64,000 nt of DNA. Origin: Selaginella moellendorffii. Its lineage: Eukaryota; Plantae; Lycopodiophyta. Shown one piece after another: positions 12,885 through 25,527 of the stretch. Made by a program: the position numbers and the translations under genes. The stretch is taken from NCBI RefSeq assembly GCF_000143415.4, contig NW_003314264.1, positions 277,098 through 341,097 of the forward strand. The letters are read 5' to 3'. The notes under the pieces were generated by a model. That model had not been told where the DNA came from. It was given only the letters and a program-made list of their open reading frames with translations, and ran no database searches. The stretch's first letter is position 1. Every line of letters begins with the position of its first letter.

Positions 12885-14134
12885 TTACAAAGCAACGCAA
12901 CCGGGGTGGTACGCTTCGTGCTCGTTGCCATCCGCATACGTCCGGTGTGTTGGGGGCAAGGGCACGTTGGAGCCGCCATCGGGCGCTAACAAACGACGGC
13001 ACTGCCTGCAAGCATCATAGACAGTATAGAGGCGCGAGACTTATATACGTACTTGCAAGGCTTGGCAAAGAGAGAGCGATAGGAGAAGAGCCACGTCTGT
13101 GTCATGAGAGGAGCCTTTAAAGAGTGCAAAGAATGGGCAGAGGGTTTTACCAGGAGGAGGAGGAGGGTGGCCGAGGCATTGGCAACGCGCGTAAAGTGGT
13201 GCATTGCGTTGGTTGCGCACTCCTGCACAGGCAAGCGTCAGCCAAGCTCTCAGCCAAGGCAAGCACCTACTGAAATCCGTTGGAACGTCTGATGCGTGGA
13301 GGCTCCCCACGCGTCCATGTGCGGCTGCAAGAATCGGGTGAGTCCAATCATCAAAGTGTATATCTACGACCGAAGGGGACCTCGTTGGGCGAGTAGATGG
13401 CAATCGCATCCGGATTGGGAGAGCCAGCCGGGAGCAGTGAGATGACTGCCCTGAGCACACCAGGGATGGCGACATGGAGCAGTGCAGCATCGTGCACTTG
13501 ACACGAGGGTGACTTGGCGAGGCGCGAGTGCGGAGTGATGGACATCCCTGGGGCCTCCTGGAGGCAGCGCTTCACCACGTCCGGCAGCGAGTGTGCTGGT
13601 GTGTTGCGCGGCTCCTCATCACCCTTGGCCGCCGCCTTTGCCATGTGTGGAAGGAAGCGCTTCTTCTGCTCGCAAAACGATCTGAGGGCAAGCTTAGTCC
13701 GATCAACTGCAGATGCCGCAGCTTGGCCCGCAATCTGGCGCTTCCACGAGTAGGCTACCAGCGCTCCGTCGGGGCACACCACTGGCACCTGGAGCCCCCA
13801 TGGCTGGTTGTCCTGATACCGCTGCTGGGCACCCACAAACACCCCCGCCGACTCCAGCTCCTTGGCTGTATCCACGCACAAAACCTCAGCGCCTAGTGCG
13901 CCTAGCGCGCTTGCTATTACCTGTGGCGCGGAGGAGATCCATGGCACGCTTGCTACCTTCCACTGCCGAGGAGATGGCCTGGTTTGCTCGCTCCGGGTCG
14001 TGGACCCGCAGGCTGTCCGCACTGTCGAATGCCTCGAGCAGCGCATCCGCTCCAGAGCGGACATCTGCAATCAGCCGGATGGCTCGGTTCAAGCCCTCGA
14101 GTGCACTGGCAAGCTGCTTGGGCGGGGCCTCCAT
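12885..14134 (-). CDS. MED27: Mediator subunit 27
   Basis: APPKQLASALEGLNRAIRLIADVR, WGLQVPVVCPDGALVAYSWKRQIAGQA, LFAKPC..C...EAYHPGC. Confidence 0.9.
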
Positions 14135-14172
14135 TCACCCGACCTAGAATAATAATATTTTTGGGCGGCGCT

Positions 14173-17100
14173 TCATAGGTACAAGGAGTTGGCGAACATG
14201 ATGCCCCGCCGTATGCTCTCGATCCCTGCCTCAAACTTCTTCTCCAGCTCACCGTTGCCAATGGCCTGGAAAACTAACCGCAGCTGCACATGAAAACAAG
14301 CAACGTGAGCTTGAGTGTATAGAATAGCATCCACGTCTACCTGGTTCAAAAACTCTTCCAGCCTCCTTGCCACCCGGATAATGCTACCTTCAAATATGTC
14401 CGTCATCTCGCAGATCTCCGCAAAGCTTGATCCCTGCAACTCATATATGTCACAACTCACACCCAGCCCCCCAAGATTTACATGATAGACGCACCTTGGA
14501 CCAGCTGTAAATCACGTCCATCAGATATGGTTGAAACTTTTCAACGTAGTGCTCCACTTCTGTTTCCAGTTTGCACTCCCGCTCCACCTGAGAGACAGCC
14601 AAGGGTGAGAATCAACTTTCAAGTCCCACAAGAGTCATACATACCTCGGCAATCATTCGAGCCGTGTCTTGGAGGCGCCGGAAAGGCCAGGCCAGCTCCG
14701 CCTTGAGATGAATTTGCTCATTGGATTTTTCAATTGGTAGAAAGCAGCTCGAGAGCGCCACAATCTGATGGTGATCAAGATCGTTGAAGAGCCCTGCATG
14801 CCCGCAATCTAAGACTGGTTCGATGCACATTGTATTTTACCCTCAAAGATCAGCTCCGCTACAAGCAGCTCATCCGCGGTGTCAATCAGGCAAGCTGCGC
14901 GACCTTTAAGCTGTACGACTGAGAGCTCGTTTATGTGTCCCAGCCGCTTCAATACTCTCGTCCGGTTCCGAAGCTCTTCCCGAAACTTGTGCAGCTACGC
15001 AAACGAAAGAAACCGGGAAGTTAGTAGGTCCAGAAACCCAGAGTACACGCACGTACTAACCTGAGAATCTCGCAGTCTAGACCTCAGCCGCTGTGCTTCC
15101 GTCAACAGCTCGGCCTTCTTCTGGAAAGCTGAATAATGGCTTGCCTCTTTCTCCGACTGGGAGTAACGGCATGTCGTCAATACAAAGACCCAAATTTTCC
15201 ACACGTACCTTGTGTAAAGGGTGGACAACCAGTTTTTTCTCCTCCTCATCAATTTGCTTCACGATACTCACAAGCTCCGGATCATCTATTTGCATGTCCT
15301 GCACAGCCGAAACAGAGTCATGCCACGACGAAACCATTGATGCACCTCCACAGGATCCAACCGTGGCAAGCCGTCCGGGAATCGTCGTTCAAGCTCCTGC
15401 ATTGCCATCAGTACACTCAATCGGGCATCCGCTGGCCGCAAATCAGTGGGAACAGCCACCCTGAGTGTACTGATTGCACAGAGCAGGGTCATTTGCACGG
15501 GGACCTGATACGCCAACACCGTAATCAGCGGCACACAAGCCAGTCGACACGCGGACACACTCACCACATGCATCTCTCCTTTCTGCCCCGGTGAGCAGGG
15601 CCTCGGTTTCAAACGCGAACCGTCCAGTTCCATACCCGGAGCACAAAGTAAAAGGGTGTCTACCAGGTACGAGGCAGCACGGGGCGCTGCCACAATGGTT
15701 GAGGGGAGCGGTCCACCAGGCGTGGGTTTCTTGACGACATTGATGACAACACCCCATCCCCAATCGTCTGCTCCGTCACGAACTTTCACCTGGCAAAACA
15801 AAGTCATCCACAGGAGGCAACCAAAAGAAACCCATACCAATCGACCGGGTTGTAGAAATACAATAATCCGATCAGGCCGGATAATTTCTGACATGAGCTG
15901 TCTTTCAAGTTCTGCAAGCTTTAGTCTTAGACGGTGGTACTCGGCAACAGTCTCCTGAAAGGATGCAGAATCAGATGAGGTAACCACAATGACTTGGAAA
16001 GCACCTCTCCCGCCGCATCCAGCAATGCGGCTTCTTGTTCCAGCTTGTTGATCCTGTTCTCCATTTCGGGGACATTCTGCAAGCAATACCGACGTTCAAA
16101 CCCGAGAACAGATATAAATCGGGCAATCACACCTTCTCGTGCTGAAACTGATGGAAAGAATGTTTCATCACGTACTCCATGTCAAAGTGCCCCTCTGCAC
16201 GGCTCATCAAATTCAGCAACGAGTAGTAGCTGAGTCTGAAGGTGCTGACTAGCGGAGCAGGCTTCCCCAGGATCATTTCCCTGCACGTGCTGACATCCAT
16301 CTACAAGCAAGAGCGAGCGAGCAGTCCGGTTTCTGTCAGTTGCTAAACTCTACCTGGTCATCGATCATTATGATGCAAATCCCACGCTCGTCCTTCCCGC
16401 GTCTCCCAGCCCTTCCACTCATCTGGTTATAAGCACGTCAAGCGGCATCACGTTGATAGGCGAGATTATACCTGTATGTACTCGCCTGACGACATGTAAC
16501 GATGAGCGTCACCATCCCATTTCCGTAGGGCAGTAAAGACGACAGTCTTAGCAGGCATATTCAATCCCATTGCAAACTGGAAACGAACTGGTGAGTCAGA
16601 AAAAGGTAGAACACGAGCGCCCACCGTTTCTGTAGCAAACAAGGCCTTGACAAGGCCCTCCTGGAAAAGGATCTCAACTATTTCTTTCAAGATGGGGAGT
16701 AGGCCCGAGTGATGGAAGGCAACCCCACGCTTGAGAAGCGGTAATAGTTGATGGATGGGCGGGAGGCTCCGGTCTTCCTCGCTGAGGCACTGTATGGCGT
16801 TGGAAAACACGTGTTCCACGTCCATCTTCTCTTGGTCGCTGTTGAAATCAAGCTTGGATACCGAGAGCGCATACTGCTCGCACTCCCTGCGGCTGAAGCT
16901 GAAGACAATGACGGGCTGCATGGAACGCTCCATAATCATCTGGAAAGAGAGGTCATGTTAGGGGGCAGAAGAGGAGAGGCTCATGCAAGACCTTGACTAT
17001 CTTGTAAATGTCCGTGGATACTCCAGCAGAGGCCTTGGCACCCCCTCGTCCTCCACCTCTCCTGCCTCCCCCTCCTCGCCTCCGCCCCGGGGGCGCGAGG

Positions 17101-17963
17101 GAATCGTCCGGGCCAGCGTTTCTGGATGACTGCTGCAGCTTGGCGAAGTTGTCGTCCCGAAAGTGGCCCTTGTCGTCCACCATGAGGTAGAGGCCGGAGC
17201 CGCCCATGGCGAAAGCATAATGTTGAAGCGGAGTGGGCCTGAAGTCGGTGTAGACAACATGGCACGGCTGCTTGTGCAGGTGGCAGATCCACTGCGCAAA
17301 CTCGGTGGCGTTGGACATGGTGGCGGAGAGGAAGACCATCTTGATGGCGGGTGGCAGGAGGATGATGCTCTCCTCCCACACGACGCCGCGCTCCCTGTCC
17401 CGCATGTAGTGTATCTCGTCAAACACAACCCACGCCACCTCCCTGAGCACCTCGGAGCCCCTGTAGAGCATACCGCGCAAGATCTCCGTGGTCATGACAA
17501 TGCAGGTTGCGTTGGGGGACAAGCTCACGTCGCCCGTCATGAGGCCGACGTCGCTGAACTCGTGGCTGAGCTCCCGGTACTTTTGGTTGCTCAGGGCCTT
17601 GAGGGGCGACGTGTATATGACGCGCTGCTTGTCCCTGAAGGCCATGGCGATGGCATACTCGGCAACCGCGGTCTTACCGGCCGAGGTGTGGGCCGACACC
17701 AGCAGCGACTCTTTACGCTCCAGGCAGGCGATGGAGATTTGCTGGAACGGGTCCAGCTCGAACGGGTAGCTCTTGGCCCTGTCGCCCATAAACACCGGCT
17801 CTCCAATGCTACCGTGCACCGCCTCATCCAGCTGCGCTATAAAGCCTGTGGGCACCGCCACCTCGTGGACGCAGCTGCGCCCGAGCATGGCATTGGGCTT
17901 CTTGCCGCCACCGGCCGCGCCAGCCTCTTGCTGTTCCCGCTCCTTCCTTTTGCCCGCCATCAT
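14173..17963 (-). CDS. HEN2: Nuclear exosome DExH helicase HEN2 (MTR4 family)
   Basis: [41 protein letters not shown]/arch region, [10 protein letters not shown]. Many short introns. Confidence 0.95.
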
Positions 17964-17987
17964 CCTCCTTAACCTAAGCTGTCGCAC

Positions 17988-17996
17988 AAAACCCTA
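17988..17996. promoter_or_regulatory. Telo-box (AAACCCTA) in the 34-bp spacer upstream of HEN2
   Basis: AAAACCCTAG lies 25-35 bp from the HEN2 ATG. Variants (TAGGGC / GCCCTA) occur near other starts: 11583-11618, 19411, 22467, 26863, 28784. Confidence 0.55.
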
Positions 17997-17997
17997 G

Positions 17998-19393
17998 CTA
18001 GGAGTAGACGCAGTGACAAGCGAGGGCGTCGCGGATGTGTTGCGCGTCGTCGCCGTCGTGGTGTTGGCCCGTGCTCGCCTCCACCAGCGGCACGTCGTCG
18101 TCGTCGCAGGCGTGGTCGGAGTCGTGGCGGCCCAGCAGCACGTTGTGGAGAATGGCGCAAGCCACAACCAGCTCCACAGCCGTGTGGACGTCCACGTTCA
18201 TAACCTTGGCCAGCACGCCCCAGTTGGTGAGCGCCCCGAACAAGTCCTCCCCCACCGCCGCCGCCTGGAGGAGCCTGTCGTTGAACTCGGCCTTTGCGCC
18301 CCTCGTCTCGTCCCCCTCGTGGAGGTGGTAGGGCAGCATCAACCACGGCAGCAACGGGTAGCTGGTGTTGCTGCTCACCAGGTACTGGGGAATGCTGACG
18401 GGTGTTGCTCGGGACAAGTCCATGAGGCCGCAGCAGCCTCCCGTGAGCAGCAGGCCGTCCCGTAGCTTGGCAAACAGCCCAGACTGCTTGAGGATCTTGG
18501 CATGGTGGACGCCCCCCGGGAAGCCGACGGCAATGTTGAGGATGCGCATGGACGCGTCCACCACCAGCTGTGCCGCGATGCTGAAGTTGGTGTTGTGGTC
18601 CAGGTAGCTGGAGCCGCAGGGGCCCGAGGGGCGCCTGATCCGCAGGTGGAGCACCGTGAGGAGGCCGCAGCAGTTTGGCAGGGCCATGAGGTTGTGAAAG
18701 CCGCGCGCCACCCTTGTCAGCGCCGCGGCATCCGTGGGGAAGGCGAGCACCGAGCCAAAGGCGGTGGACAGCGCCGCGTACACCTCCCGCGTGCACGTGA
18801 GTACCGTCGCCTCGCCCACCGCGAACATCTTGGACACCTCCACGTAGGACGACCCCGCCGCCAGCCTGTGAATGGCGATGGCGATCCTCTTGCGCGGCGG
18901 GATGCTGCTTCGGAAGTTGGTGTCGCTCTTGTGTACCAGCGGTGCTAGCTCGCTGCACAGCCACTCGAAAGTCCCCGGGCTCATGTTGAACAGCCGCCGC
19001 GAGCTGTCGGCGTCCAGCCTGCCCGCCACAAACTTGTCACACTCGAGCAGTCGTGGCTTCACCCACCACTCCTTCTCCACCCGCCTGCGCTTGGCCCCCC
19101 GCTGCGCAACCGCCACGCCCTGCAGCGCCTGTATATGCCACCAAAGCGCCGCCACCCTGCCGCTCATCTCCTCCCTGTGACTGCTCACCACCCACGTTAC
19201 CATCTTGGTCACCAGCTCCAGCATGGAGCCCAGCAGCACGGCAATTCGCTGCCGACGCTCCTCACGCTCCCTCGCCGTCCCCGCCATCAACTGCATCAAC
19301 CCCCATCCGTCATCTCAGAACCCACCCACTGATCATTCATTCCGGTACCTCTTCTTCGTCTTCGCTCTCGCTCCACAGGCCAGGATGAATCAT
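17998..19393 (-). CDS. Domesticated PIF/Harbinger nuclease (HARBI1/ALP1-like), catalytically degenerate
   Basis: FNMSPGTFEWLC, IAIHRLAAGSSY, LPNCCG, SYPLLPWLMLPY, ACAILHN. Probable first exon MIHPGLWSESEDEEE from 19393. No room for TIRs. Confidence 0.85.
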
Positions 19394-19454
19394 CTCTATC
19401 TTGCTACCAAAAGCCCTACCGAGGTTGAAGAGGCGGCATTCTCATGTTTTCAAT

Positions 19455-21401
19455 TTATTCTAGAGGAGCTTGCCAGTTTGAGGAGAGCTTGGAAAGCGTC
19501 AACGCAAGCACTCGGACGCCATTCGCCATGTCCTCCAGTGTGGCATGCTCGTCGGGCCTGTGGCTGTAGCCCCGGTAACAGGGAATGAAGATCATGGCGG
19601 TAGGGGCGATCCTGAAAGAAAACACCAGAACTCAGCGTCTTGAAGAAGGATATACACACCGTGCCATGAAGAGAGAGTCGTGATACGCTCTGCTGATCAT
19701 CATTTTGTGGCCCAAGCCCAGCTCCTCCGATGCTTCTTTCAGGGCTTCAATTACAAAGTCCGTGCTCTGCGCTGGCGGGTCCTGGTTAACGACTGTAAAG
19801 TTTTGCAACACCACACCGCGCCTGGCCGCAATTTCGTGCGCGGTTGCGCGGACCCTCTCCACAACGGCGTCCCTTCGGCTTCCATCGATGTCCCTTATGT
19901 CTGACCACAAGCAAAGTTCAAAAACTAGATGCGCGGCGTGTTATTACCAATGCCAAGCTGTGCATTCCGCGGGATGCTATTGATCGCTCCTGGGTACAGC
20001 TTAACCGTACCTGCAATACTTTGTCAAAAGTTGGCATATGAATCCCCACATACCGGTGGTTCCAACCGTGTCTTGGGAACCAGATTCCAAGACGTGCCTC
20101 TCTACAGCTAGAGCAAGCTCGGCGGCAGCAAGCCCTGCGTCATTCCTGTAGTCGACGAGCCGGCGGGAAAAATGTTTTATGCACAAGCCTTTGAGCAGAA
20201 TGCAGGATCAGGAAACCAACCTGAGATGCATCAGTACGGCCCCGGCATGACCTCCACCCCCTGCAAACTCGACACCAAGGCTCGCAGGCCCAGCGATTGC
20301 GGTGACAATCCCGATGGATACACCTGCCGAGAAACACAAACATAGGCATCGAAAGAGGGGGAGGAATCACCTTGCTCCTCGAGAAGGGGGCCTTGCTCAA
20401 TGTGCAGCTCTACAAAAGCGGCATATGTCTCGTTTCCCACGGCAACACTTTGCAGATTGTCACCGGCCTCGTCATATCCAGCTCGATTTGCGGCTAGAGT
20501 GAAGGTTACATTGTCCTCGTCAACAGCATTGGCTAGGGAGACGGCCACCCTGGGATCCCCCGCCATCACCCGGCTGTTAAGACAGACAAAGTTGCATAAG
20601 CACGACATGCAACGGACCAGTTGCCCCTCACCTCCCAATGCAGCTCAGTCCGAAGCGAGTGGGCTCCTCGGACGTGAACATTATGGCTTCCAATGATCTC
20701 TTGGGCTGGAATCCCGCTCTGAAACGAGGGCAGCAGAAAGTGGGCACCTCATGCTTGATTTCCATGCTCACCTCCTCAGAGCTTTGATAGCTTCCACAGC
20801 GCCTACAACACCAACGACGCCGTCATATTTCCCAGCGTAAGGAATAGCATCCGTGTGTGAACCCGATGCAACAACACCCTGGGATGGCTCGCTCCCTTCC
20901 CTGCTTTGCTCGTTTGCATGTAGTGTGAGTACAAAATGAAGCTTACCAGCGGCCAAAGATATTTCCAATAGCATCCTCACGGACAGTAAGCTGTGCTGAC
21001 TCCATAAGTTCTCGAATGAAGCTGCGAGAAATCAGGCCCTGTCGTTAGTTGATTACACCGTGAAGAATCCATGCACCTTCTTGCTGCAACATCATTGTCC
21101 GTGTAGAGGATTCGGGTGACCGATGGAGCTGGTGTATCCGAAAAGGTTGCAAGCTTGTCTATCTGTTGGTTTGATTTATCGTACATGAAGGCGAAGCAAC
21201 TAGGAAAGGAGCACTCACCGAGTCCTGGATGTCATCGGGATTGACATCGAGGTTGGCTGGGTCGAAACTGGTGCACAAGCTGCCGAAACGAGCCGTGGGG
21301 CAAGAACTGGTCAGGCCCACTGGATCCTCTTGGGCGTCGAATGCTAGGAGGAGAAGGAAGAGTGAGTGGAGGAGCGCACAGAGCAGCGCCATGGCCGCCA
21401 T
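19455..21401 (-). CDS. UAH: Ureidoglycolate amidohydrolase (M20 family)
   Basis: Signal peptide, FSDTPAPSVTRILYT, GSHTDAIPYAGKYDGVVG, FVELHIEQGP, SRAYHDSLFMAR, GYSHRPDE. Confidence 0.93.
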
Positions 21402-21528
21402 CTGATTAGAGCGTAGAGACCCAAGGCTAGGTAGAGGCAAAATTGAATTGAAGAGGAGAAGAGGTAACAAAGCGCGTGTACAATAAAAGAAACAAGGCGA
21501 TACGAAGCACACAATTTTGTCTTGGGAA

Positions 21529-22434
21529 TCAGCGCCTCCTGCTCATGATTCCTCGCGCCAGCATGGGGTCGGAAGGGCAGTCGACGGCGATGTGACCCCG
21601 GCCGCCGCAGTTGTGGCATACCACCACCTGCCTGCAGTCCTTGCTCATGTGGCCCGGTTGCTTGCAGTTGCGGCAAAAGATATCGGAGTAGGCTCCCAGG
21701 GCGCGGGAGGATGGCGGCGGCATGGAGGAGTAGGGGCACTCACGGGCAATGTGACCCGGCTGGCTGCAGCTGTTGCAGACGGGAGTGTTGGAGCAGTCGC
21801 GCGCCAGGTGGCCCGACTGGCGGCAGTTGTTGCATGCCTTTTCGTTGGGGCACTCGGCGGCCAAGTGCCCGGGCCTGTAGCAGTTGTTGCACAGAAGCGA
21901 CTTGGGAAGGCCAGTCTCTTGGACGATGCAACCCTTGGCAACGTGCCCCGACTTGCCACACAAGTTGCAGATGGGTTCGTTGCGGCACTCGCTCGCAATG
22001 TGACCCGGCTTCTTGCAATTTCGGCACAGCGGCTCTGTTGGGCATTCGGCGGCGATGTGCCTGGAAGGGCACGCACCAAGGTCACAATCGAGCGCACAAA
22101 GAGAAAAAAAATAACACCAAAGTACCCAGAGATGCCGCAGTTGTTGCACACTGACGCATTGGGGCAGTCTCGCGCAAAATGTCCGGTGCGGCGGCAATTG
22201 TTGCACAGCTCAACCAGCGACCTGAGCACCATGACCTAAGGGCCGCAAGGCAAAACAAGATGAAACCCACCTTGACGGAGCGCGGCTTCTTTCTCGGGAA
22301 GGCAACCTATACGGAGCACTCCGGCGAGAGGAGCGCTTGCCCACAATGCCACTCTGAATGCGGCGCCCTCTGTGTGACGCTAGATCGTCCAAGCTCATCC
22401 CAAGCTTGGTCTGCGTGTCGAGCGAGACGGACAT
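21529..22434 (-). CDS. CNBP/GIS2-like protein with nine CCHC zinc knuckles
   Basis: Nine CxxCxxxGHxxxxC repeats after removing two short introns. RS-rich N-terminus. Confidence 0.9.
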
Positions 22435-22568
22435 CCTTGCCAAGAAAATTCTTACCCCACAAACTGGTTTAGGGCTCCAATCCAAGCAAGACCTAAAACT
22501 TCGCTCTGCGTTCGGGACGTTAGGTCTCCTCCCCAAAAAATCAAAGCCGTAAACAGAAACAAAAGATT

Positions 22569-23669
22569 TCATTCCTCTGCCAAGACATCCACATGTAGGC
22601 GCACCAACTTTATCGACGCCACCGCCAACTCCAGCCTCCATTCCCTCTGCCTCCTGTTGAGCACCCTGCCCTTGCCCCGAGCTTCCCTGTTGACCCGCAC
22701 ATTGGCCAGCTTCCAGACGCTCGTCAGCGATTCCCTGTCAAACGACTCCAGCACCAAGATTTGCTGCTGCTCCACTGAGCCATCCGCGTAGTAGACCACC
22801 TGCATTGGCAGCTCCTTGAACCGCTCTAGCTCCGCAGGGATCTGGATGACACGCTCCGCACCAGGGCTCGACACCTCTATAGCAACGTTAGCAGGGACAA
22901 GGCCAGCGCGTCCAGCCTCCTCGATAAGCGCCCCATACTCCGTGTTGAACTTCTCCACCTCCTCAATGGTTGGAGAGCCAAACCTGAGGAGTACCATGAG
23001 GAGCAGAGCGCGCAGGAAACAGGCATACCTGTCGGTGAGTTTGTCCAGCCGCACCTGTATGAAGCCCGTGGAGCACACTTTGAAGCCGTAGAGAGCAAGC
23101 TCCGGCGTCAGCATCCTCCGGGCAATCTCCAAGGCCCTTGCACCCCAGGGAGCGCCCCCGAGCACCACTCCGCCTCCATCCTCACCATCCCCCACCTGGC
23201 ACACACAAGTCTCCCCATAGCACAGGCGGCTCAAGATGAAGCGAAGCGCTCACCTCCGCTTCTTTCTCCCCGCCGTCAAACCCTCCAAATCCGTCATCTT
23301 CCAAGGTCGAGCACCTTACACTGTCAACACAGTGGCCATAATGCAAAGTAGCAAATGCGCTTGATACACACCTTGGCTCTCATCGCCTGACTCTGATCCA
23401 TCCGACCATTCTTCCGCGTCGCTCTCCTCCTCCTCCTCCTCCTCCTCATCACGGGTCGCAGACGACGGGGGCACGGCACCACCGGCAACGGGGCTGCGTG
23501 CTGTCCTTCTCACGCTTGTGCCCGGACATCCCGTCATCCACGACCGCGACCGCCACAAGAGCGCACCAGGCGAGGCGACGCATTGGCACCGGCGATTGAA
23601 GCCACAGCGGCGACTGGCCACCAGCAGCGATGCATCGCCACACACCAACGTTGCCGCTGCTCGTCGCAT
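22569..23669 (-). CDS. Organellar RimP-like (UPF0090/DUF150) ribosome maturation protein
   Basis: Transit-peptide-like N-terminus, acidic stretch, GDGEDGGGVVLGG..WG, VRLDKL, IEVSSPGAER. Confidence 0.82.
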
Positions 23670-23840
23670 TTCTGCCAAAACCCTCGGCGAATATGCCCCG
23701 GCTATATCTACGAGCTACCCTGCCTTTGACAAGAGACCTAATCTCTTCAGATTTAAGCAAGGTCCGGGATCTCGTCTCTTCTGCAAAAACTGACGTGTTT
23801 GGATCCAGCTCGTTTTTTCCCACTCCACAGCGTCTGCCAA

Positions 23841-25515
23841 ATGGGGGACAACGCCAACTCGAATGAATCCAGCTCGCCCTCTCTGCATCTGGCAAGATCT
23901 CCTCCCCAGCCCTCGCCAATTCGGCTCTCCAAATTCGCATCTGTAAGGCTCCCTAGATCTGGATTGTGTGATGCGTTTTCTGTGTGTTTTGTGCAGCAAA
24001 AGATGAGGATCCTAGTCACTGGCGGCGCGGGCTTCATTGGATCTCACCTGGTTGATCGCCTCATGGAAGCTGGTACCAATGAGGTGCGTGGTCGTGCATG
24101 AATCCGCACGCGTTTTACTTGCCGCGCAGGTGATTGTCGCTGACAACTTCTTCTCTGGGACGAAAGACAACCTCAGGCGCTGGATCGGCCATCCAGACTT
24201 TGAGCTTCTGCGCCATGGTATGGTGCGCACAAGTGTTGCAACTATGATCATGCTGCTCCCTGTTTCAGACGTCACGGAGCCTTTGCTTGTGGAAGTTGAC
24301 CAGATTTACCATCTGGCATGTCCCGCTTCTCCCATCTTCTACAAGTACAATCCCGTGAAAGTGAGTAGCTGTTTAAAAACACTACTAGTTCATCTCAATG
24401 CTGGCTTTTCCAGACCATCAAAACGAATGTGATGGGCACACTAAATATGCTGGGCCTTGCCAAGCGTGTTGGAGCCAGGTTAATCTCCTCTCTTGTCACA
24501 AGAGCAAGCAAACTAACTCGCATTCTCAAACCATACAGGATTTTACTCACGTCAACCTCCGAAGTTTATGGGGATCCACTGGAGCATCCACAAAAGGAGG
24601 AATACTGGGGCAATGTGAATCCCATAGGTACGTGCACCAGATATTTGTCTTGTCTACTGCCTGCTCATTGTGTCAAGCAGGTGTTAGGAGCTGCTACGAC
24701 GAGGGAAAACGCGTGGCCGAAACGTTGATGTTTGACTATCACAGGCAGCACGGGATTGGTGTGCTCGATTGCTTTAGCTTGATGACGCTGGTTCTGACGT
24801 CCAGTAATTCTCAGAGATAAGGATCGCTCGCATTTTCAACACTTACGGCCCCCGGATGAATATCGACGATGGACGGGTCGTTAGCAACTTCATTGCCCAA
24901 GCTCTAAGGTATGCTGCATGCGAAATGGATGTCCTGCTGTATAATCTTGACAGGGGGGAAACAATGACCGTCCAAGCTCCTGGTAGCCAAACACGCAGCT
25001 TTTGCTATGTTTCGGATCTGGTATGTTACGTTCCCATATGTTTGCAAGCCTTTACTTTTAGCATCGATGCTTGCAGGTTGACGGCCTCATCAAACTGATG
25101 GCTTGCGATGACACTGGTCCCATCAACCTCGGAAATCCAGGTAAAGAAACAGAAGCACCATCTCTTCTTTTCTGGCTGATCGTCTCGTTTTCAGGCGAGT
25201 TCACCATTCTAGAGCTGGCAGAAGCCGTGCGAGAGGTTCGTAGCTTTGTGTATATAGCTAGCTAAACAACTTTGAACTGTTCAGCTGGTGGATTCATCTG
25301 CTAAGTGGAAGGTTGTTGACAACACTCCAGATGACCCTCGAAAGCGCAAGCCAGACATTACGAAAGCAAAATCCATATTGAAGTGGGAGCCCAAGGTTTG
25401 TGCGAAGTCTCTTTCGGCCCCTAACCTCTGTGTACATCGTAACCAGGTTGCACTTCGAGACGGATTGCCGTTGATGGTTGAGGACTTTCGAAGCAGGCTG
25501 GGCATACACAAATAG
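23841..25515 (+). CDS. UXS: UDP-glucuronate decarboxylase (UDP-xylose synthase), soluble type
   Basis: [57 protein letters not shown]. Confidence 0.95.
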
Positions 25516-25527
25516 GAAGGCTACTAC

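Noticed and set aside
17998-19299. Active Harbinger transposon
   Set aside because: Catalytic aspartates are lost, and there are no TIRs, TSD or partner gene.
12885-22434. Functional RNA-surveillance/chromatin gene cluster (MED27, HEN2, ALP1-like, zinc knuckle)
   Set aside because: Interspersed with unrelated genes such as UAH. Chance adjacency in a gene-dense genome is sufficient unless synteny shows otherwise.
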